From assembly GCA_046350615.1 (NCBI GenBank), contig JAXMAA010000002.1, positions 149,204 to 213,203 on the forward strand: DNA of 64,000 nt, read 5' to 3'. The notes beneath the pieces are model-generated. The model did not search any database. It saw only the letters and a list, made by a program, of their open reading frames with translations, and was not told the DNA's origin. Shown here piece after piece: positions 59,054 through 64,000 of this stretch; positions within the stretch are counted from its first letter, which is position 1, and every line of letters begins with the position of its first letter. This DNA comes from Candidatus Saccharimonadales bacterium. GTDB taxonomy: Bacteria; Patescibacteriota; Saccharimonadia; Saccharimonadales; UBA7683. A program made the position numbers and the translations under genes.

Positions 59054-60823
59054 ATGCCTGATTTTTCAAAACAACGTACAAAGACATCTGAGCTTGTCAA
59101 AAAGGTTGGCACGCGTGCGGTTGATCTTCAGGCAAAATCATCTCAACATCTCAAAACTCATGTATTAAAACGTACCACACGTATTGCAGGGTTGCGGCGT
59201 TTTATCGCTGGCTGGCTTATTTTGGTTCTTTTCATGAGTGTAGCAACGCTTGCAACACTCGTGCAGCTAACGCGTGAATCTCGATCAAATGCGCCTGAGA
59301 ACGGAGGCACTTATACTGAGGGACTCATTGGTACCATTAATAATTTAAATCCGCTTTTTAATAGCGGTTCGGTCGACGAGAGCGTTACTAAATTGATGTT
59401 CAATAGCCTTTTTCGCTACGATACGTCGGGTGCGCTGGTTCCTGATGCAGCAAAAGAGATTCAGGTAGATGAATCACGCAAAGTCTACACGGTAACGCTA
59501 CGTCAAGATGTTCGCTGGCATGATGGCCAGCCACTGAAGGCTGAAGACGTCGCGTTTACTATTAATACTATTCAGAATCCCGCAACTCGTTCAACACTGT
59601 TCGCTAGTTGGCAAGGAGTGGTCGTTAAGGCTGTAGATGATTGGCGCATAACATTTGAGCTTCCAGCACCGTTCGCGCCGTTCCCCAATGCCTTAACGGT
59701 TCCAATTATTCCAAAACATGCGCTTGAAAATTTTAAACCTGACCATTTACGAACAGCTGACTTCAACACGAGCCCAATTGGTACTGGGCCTTTTGTGTTC
59801 AATGCGCTCCGCAATGAGGGTGTTAAGGAGCAGCAAATTGAGCTGAAACGAAATCCTCATTACTTCCGCGGATCACCTCGCCTCGAAAGATTTGTACTTC
59901 ATACATATCCTGATGACGAGCATCTTTCGAGTGCATTGAAGCAGCGTGAGATTACCGCGGCCGTCGACTTAAAATCGGATACAGTCGAAGCGTTCGCAAA
60001 AGACGGCAGCATACGTCCAACAGATATTCCATTAAATAGTGGGGTGTTCGCATTTTTCAAAACATCACAGCCCATACTCGCTGATGCAAACATTCGTGTG
60101 GCGCTCGCAAAAGCAATAGATCGGCAGGCGATTCTGCAGCTCTTCAAGGCGCGTTATACGCCGCTAAAGACCCCGCTGCTTCCATCTCAACTTGGCTTTG
60201 ACAGTAGTTTTTTGCAGCAAACGAATGTAGCTGAAGCCGAGCAAAAACTCGATGCCGCAGGCTGGTTAAAGCAACCGAATGGTATACGGGTAAAAGACGG
60301 TCAACCGCTAGAATTTGGCTTGACAACAGTCAATACGGCACAATATAGCGCTCTGGCCAGCGAGCTGCAAAAGCAATGGGCAAATATAGGGGTCTCTATT
60401 AAGCCTCAACTCTTAACGCCAGAGCAGCTACAGCAAAATGCACTTGCTGCCCATGCGTATGATATCTTGCTTTATGGTGTCTCACTCGGATACGACCCCG
60501 ATGTATATGCGTATTGGCACTCTTCGCAAGCTAGATCTGGTGGCCTAAATTTTTCAGAATGGAAATCTGGTCGAGCAGATGCAAGCCTTGAGGTGGCTCG
60601 AACCCGGCTCGAACCCGTTCTGCGGCAAGCTCGCTACAGAACATTTTTAGACGAATGGTTAAACTCGGCACCAGCAGTGGCGTTGTATCAGCCGCGTGTG
60701 AATTACGCCTACCATCAGAATGCTGCAGGCTTTGTTGCATTCCCATCAACAAATGCCTCAGAGCGCTTAACAAATGTTGAAGAATGGACAGTGAACACAC
60801 GATCAGTCGATAGAACCCCTTAA
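59054..60823 (+). CDS. ABC transporter substrate-binding protein, family 5 (peptide/nickel type), TM-anchored
   Basis: GGTYTEGLIGTINNLNPLF, VRWHDGQPLKAEDVAFT. No cognate permease in the window. Confidence 0.8.
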   Translation: MPDFSKQRTKTSELVKKVGTRAVDLQAKSSQHLKTHVLKRTTRIAGLRRFIAGWLILVLFMSVATLATLVQLTRESRSNAPENGGTYTEGLIGTINNLNPLFNSGSVDESVTKLMFNSLFRYDTSGALVPDAAKEIQVDESRKVYTVTLRQDVRWHDGQPLKAEDVAFTINTIQNPATRSTLFASWQGVVVKAVDDWRITFELPAPFAPFPNALTVPIIPKHALENFKPDHLRTADFNTSPIGTGPFVFNALRNEGVKEQQIELKRNPHYFRGSPRLERFVLHTYPDDEHLSSALKQREITAAVDLKSDTVEAFAKDGSIRPTDIPLNSGVFAFFKTSQPILADANIRVALAKAIDRQAILQLFKARYTPLKTPLLPSQLGFDSSFLQQTNVAEAEQKLDAAGWLKQPNGIRVKDGQPLEFGLTTVNTAQYSALASELQKQWANIGVSIKPQLLTPEQLQQNALAAHAYDILLYGVSLGYDPDVYAYWHSSQARSGGLNFSEWKSGRADASLEVARTRLEPVLRQARYRTFLDEWLNSAPAVALYQPRVNYAYHQNAAGFVAFPSTNASERLTNVEEWTVNTRSVDRTP

Positions 60824-60872
60824 CTGCTGACAATTATCCGAATTTAGATTACAATACTATTCGTCCAATTAA

Positions 60873-60959
60873 GCGCGAGTGGCGGAATTGGTAGACGCGC
60901 TAGCTTCAGGTGCTAGTGTACGCAAGTACGTGGAGGTTCAAGTCCTCTCTCGCGCACCA
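60873..60959 (+). tRNA. tRNA-Leu (anticodon CAG), CCA encoded
   Basis: Cloverleaf folded by hand: acceptor gcgcgag/ctcgcgc, anticodon loop ttCAGgt, long variable arm gtacgcaagtac, T-arm ggaggttcaagtcctct, ACCA. Confidence 0.9.
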
Positions 60960-61068
60960 AGATTGTATCTGACGATCCATTATTCGGTGACCATATAGAC
61001 GAAGATAAAGTAAATATGGTTAGCGATGATGTGTTTAATAAAATTGCTAGTAAAATTCAAGAGCAGAT

Positions 61069-61542
61069 ATGAGAGATATAGATTTAGACGAACTCAAGAA
61101 GTTTCTTATGAGGGCAAACATGCCTCACGCTACAGGTACGGCGAAAACTGTTAAAGAAAAAGATGGTTCACGGACTATTGAGTTTAGTGATGGCGACTAC
61201 CGAATGCATGACAACTTCTTTGGTGGTGAACCCTATGGTGGACGCCTGGTTGTTTTTTATAAAGAGCAGCCGTTGTTTCTTGAGGTTTATTATGGGCAGA
61301 CAACCCGTCCAGCAGATGCTGTTTATGATTTCCTGAGAGAAGCCCTACAACACCCAGGAGAAGACAATCCATTTCGTGGACCTGCTGAATACAAAAAAGG
61401 TAGCCTGACCTACAAAAGCACTACGGAGGGCGACGTTGCAAACCATAAGGTTAAAGAGTTTATCTATCACGGAGATGAAGAGATTTACTGGGCAGTAGTT
61501 ATGGGCGGTTTAGTGGATCAAAACGCTAGAGGAGCGATGTAG
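61069..61542 (+). CDS. hypothetical protein (possibly DUF5680)
   Basis: FSDGDYRMHDNFFGGEPYGGRLVVFY recalls DUF5680, from memory only. Confidence 0.5.
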   Translation: MRDIDLDELKKFLMRANMPHATGTAKTVKEKDGSRTIEFSDGDYRMHDNFFGGEPYGGRLVVFYKEQPLFLEVYYGQTTRPADAVYDFLREALQHPGEDNPFRGPAEYKKGSLTYKSTTEGDVANHKVKEFIYHGDEEIYWAVVMGGLVDQNARGAM

Positions 61543-61891
61543 TCTAGCGTCTAACAATTGCTTCGCTGATAACAGCACAAATCCTTGCACTCTGAGGAAA
61601 AAGGAAGCTGACTGATTCATCTTGAACGAGGGCTTCTATTAGCTCATTGCTACGAGGGCTGAGTGTGCCTAACGTGGCTATCATGCCTTCTGCATCAACA
61701 GCGTTGGCCTGATTGATCGCCAATGATGCCAATGTGTTTGCTATTACTCCGACTGAGTGACCACGCTCTTTTGGTTGTAGAGTATAAAATTGCTCGCCGA
61801 AAAAACCAACTATCTGCTCGAAAATCTACTGGGTTTTCTCCTGGCGAACTCATGGTTAATATTATACAACATTTTTGCTACACTTGTAGGT

Positions 61892-62224
61892 ATGATTCAT
61901 CAGTTAAGAATTTACCAAATCAACCCAGAACTAAAAACCGAATTTGATACCCGTTTTCGTAAGCACGCTGTGCGGATTATGCAAACCTACGGATTCGATA
62001 TAAAAGCTACGTGGTATTCAGAATCTGCGGATAAAACAGAGTTTGTGTACATATTAGAGTGGTCGGATACCGAGACACTTGAGAAACAATGGACAGCTTT
62101 TATGGCCGACAAAGAGTGGGATGGTATCAAGCTGAAGTCTCGTGAACAGTATGGCGAAATGGTTTTGGCTAAGGTGCGCGATCAAGTTCTAGAATCTACA
62201 GATTGGTTTATGAACAAGATCTAG
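61892..62224 (+). CDS. NIPSNAP family protein
   Basis: MIHQLRIYQINPE...FVYILEWSD. Track ORF trimmed to the ATG at 61892. Confidence 0.65.
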   Translation: MIHQLRIYQINPELKTEFDTRFRKHAVRIMQTYGFDIKATWYSESADKTEFVYILEWSDTETLEKQWTAFMADKEWDGIKLKSREQYGEMVLAKVRDQVLESTDWFMNKI

Positions 62225-62467
62225 CCCAACCCCATCTTGATATGGCACATCTCACGACAGGATAGAAGAGAACAAACAGTTACACGTCAAGACTTTGTCG
62301 TTAAAAAATAGATTTCTATCTTGATAGAGTATTTTGCAATATGAGTTAGGTAATCATTCCAAGTGGAGCTTGGCGAGGTGATAAGAAGTGGCCAAAATAA
62401 AAGAAAGCCGGCTGGCCTCCGCTATCCAGCAGTGGCGTCCGACGTTTCTATTTACAATGTACTCTAA

Positions 62468-62869
62468 TTACCTACTAAAGTCAATATGCTTTTCTTCACG
62501 TGTAATCACAATAAATCTCTTGGCTGATTTCGCTAGGGTAAATTGACGCTCAACTTCTTTTAGATGTTTATATGTTGGAACTCGGCCGTCCATGCGTCGT
62601 AAGTCAAGCACAATGTTTGGTGATTGCTTGAGGGCAAGACGCAGATTATTTTCAATGGTCCGTGAGCTTTTGCCTGTAGGGCTCTTTATCTCCCAATGAA
62701 GTCCATTCATCTCAATATCTGGGGTTTTTGTACCCTTGCGTCTGTCGGGTACAAGAAAAGTTACGTCACTACCAAGCTTAGCCGCCAAATAATCAACAGC
62801 AATCTTTTCATGGACATCTACAAAGACGCCTGGGGGGACTACGATAACACCTATTCGTTTTCTTGCCAC
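62468..62869 (-). CDS. stand-alone PD-(D/E)xK nuclease-fold protein (CdiA-CT tRNase-like)
   Basis: KTPDIEMNGLHWEIKSP gives the PD...ExK catalytic pattern. The overall layout resembles the CdiA C-terminal tRNase family, from memory. Confidence 0.55.
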   Translation of the reverse strand: MARKRIGVIVVPPGVFVDVHEKIAVDYLAAKLGSDVTFLVPDRRKGTKTPDIEMNGLHWEIKSPTGKSSRTIENNLRLALKQSPNIVLDLRRMDGRVPTYKHLKEVERQFTLAKSAKRFIVITREEKHIDFSR

Positions 62870-63092
62870 TACTAGAGTAGTTTACCACGTGAAGCCACGT
62901 TAATCGGATGCAATTCGCTGTGGAGGTTCAAGCAGCTTCTAGCGAGAGTGATTATATTGTTTCAGAAGGCAGCGTCAAGGAGGTTTCGAGCGTAATTAAC
63001 GATATTCAAGCCAGATTTTTCATGAGTGAAGTAAAAAAAATTATACCTTTATGTTAAGATAATGCATATGGTTAAGGTGAGGATTGTCGAGC

Positions 63093-64000
63093 ATGAGTAA
63101 AGTTGCGGAGTATTTAAGACAACATGTGGTTGGCGAGGTGTCGACCTCTTCTTCGGTTCGGAAGTTTTTTAGCACCGATGGGAGTGTGTTTCAGGTGACC
63201 CCGCAGGTGGTGGTGTATCCACGATCGACCGATGATATTCGTAAGATTGCCAGGTTCTCTTGGCAGCTTGCTGAACGTGGCAAAGTCGTACCGATTACGG
63301 CTCGTGGTGCTGGGAGCGATCAAGCTGGCGGGGCGCTGGGCGATGGTATCATCTTGGCTTTTCCAGCCCATTTAAATAAACTTCTTGAGCTCGATACAAA
63401 AAAGAACATTGCGCGGGTACAGCCGGGTATCAATTACCGTAACTTTCAAGATACCATCAAAACGCATGGTCGATTTTTACCACCCTATCCGAGTTCAATT
63501 GATTTCAGCACTATCGGTGGTGCAGTCGCCAATAATGCGGCAGGTGAGCGAACAGTTAAATATGGCGCAACTCGTGAGTTTGTACGTGGGTTGCAGGTTG
63601 TGCTTGCCAACGGCGAGCTCATTCAGACTGGCCGGCTCAGTAAGCGTGAGCTTAATCATAAAAAAGGCCTCTCAACGTTTGAAGGCGAAGTCTATCGGCA
63701 ACTCGATGGTTTAATATCTGACAACTGGGAGCTCATTCAAGCTTCGCACAAAAATACCTCAAAGAACTCTGCTGGGTATGATCTCGCTGATGTGAAGCTG
63801 GCCGATGGTACTTTTGACCTTACTCCATTAGTTGTTGGTTCGCAGGGTACGCTTGGTATTGTTTCAGAAATCGACCTGGCTATTGTGCCGAATAATATGA
63901 ACCGTAGTTTAGTGGTTGCTGGCTTTACAGCGATAGATGATGCCAGCTCTCTAGTGAATGATATTTTAAAGCTTGCTCCAGCAGCTGTTGAGATGGTGGA
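63093..64000 (+). CDS. FAD-binding oxidoreductase (GlcD/D-lactate dehydrogenase-like), 3'-partial
   Basis: The frame is open from the ATG at 63093 to the window end. VVYPRSTDDI, ARGAGSDQAGGA, GGAVANNAAG, VVGSQGTLGIV. Track ORFs 63114-63371(-) and 63385-63714(+) are shadows. Confidence 0.8.
   Translation, partial: MSKVAEYLRQHVVGEVSTSSSVRKFFSTDGSVFQVTPQVVVYPRSTDDIRKIARFSWQLAERGKVVPITARGAGSDQAGGALGDGIILAFPAHLNKLLELDTKKNIARVQPGINYRNFQDTIKTHGRFLPPYPSSIDFSTIGGAVANNAAGERTVKYGATREFVRGLQVVLANGELIQTGRLSKRELNHKKGLSTFEGEVYRQLDGLISDNWELIQASHKNTSKNSAGYDLADVKLADGTFDLTPLVVGSQGTLGIVSEIDLAIVPNNMNRSLVVAGFTAIDDASSLVNDILKLAPAAVEMV

Noticed and set aside
61544-61732. 62-aa minus ORF between the DUF5680-like and NIPSNAP genes.
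   Set aside because: There is no start context, motif or partner to support it. It was left unannotated.

Overview
This is a gene-dense window of about 60 genes with short or overlapping intergenic junctions, mostly housekeeping. The gene content looks like a small-genome, Gram-positive-type bacterium: FtsA, a sortase with an LPXTG-like substrate, LysM/CHAP and DUF348-G5 wall hydrolases, isolated aminoacyl-tRNA synthetases, almost no biosynthesis, many orphan acidic hypotheticals and a PaaX/Cas2-like regulator. I associate that mix with CPR/Saccharibacteria-like genomes, but this is inference only and was not verified.

Recognisable genes:
- Translation and RNA: metG, alaS, obg, mnmA, rsmA, trhO, rplY, secG, a DEAD-box helicase, tmRNA (ssrA) and tRNA-Leu(CAG).
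- DNA repair: pcrA, uvrA, uvrC, sbcB and ruvX fused to mltG.
- Other: a NifS-type cysteine desulfurase, tatD, pgeF, pepP, pheA, trehalase, a PQQ sugar dehydrogenase, two Nudix hydrolases, a split chrA pair and a heterodimeric ABC exporter.
- No rRNA genes or CRISPR arrays were seen.

Most interesting signals:
1. A palindromic repeat family (GTCATYC...GGATGAC) occurs three times. Two copies are inserted in frame, in the same orientation and codon phase, inside rsmA and alaS. This resembles Rickettsia palindromic elements.
2. A 542-nt GC-rich, ORF-less, hairpin-dense element lies between 33943..35616 and sbcB. It is closed by a perfect 17-bp terminal pairing and has its own promoter-like and terminator-like signals. 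It is either a candidate large structured ncRNA or an ORF-less MITE.
3. A single-copy RAYT/IS200-like Y1 transposase is flanked by two inverted copies of a perfect 14-bp-stem REP hairpin.
4. A PaaX/Cas2-like regulator is bracketed by two copies of the palindrome CTCACGATCGTGAG, next to the ABC exporter operon.
5. Many genes have an extended -10 box 6-9 nt upstream of the ATG, which implies leaderless mRNAs.
6. At least 15 reading-frame lesions, almost all in homopolymer runs, affect pcrA, uvrA, ruvX, trhO, a LysM-CHAP hydrolase and one hypothetical gene. Assembly error is the more likely explanation than true decay.

All coordinates of small motifs were counted by hand. No database search was possible.
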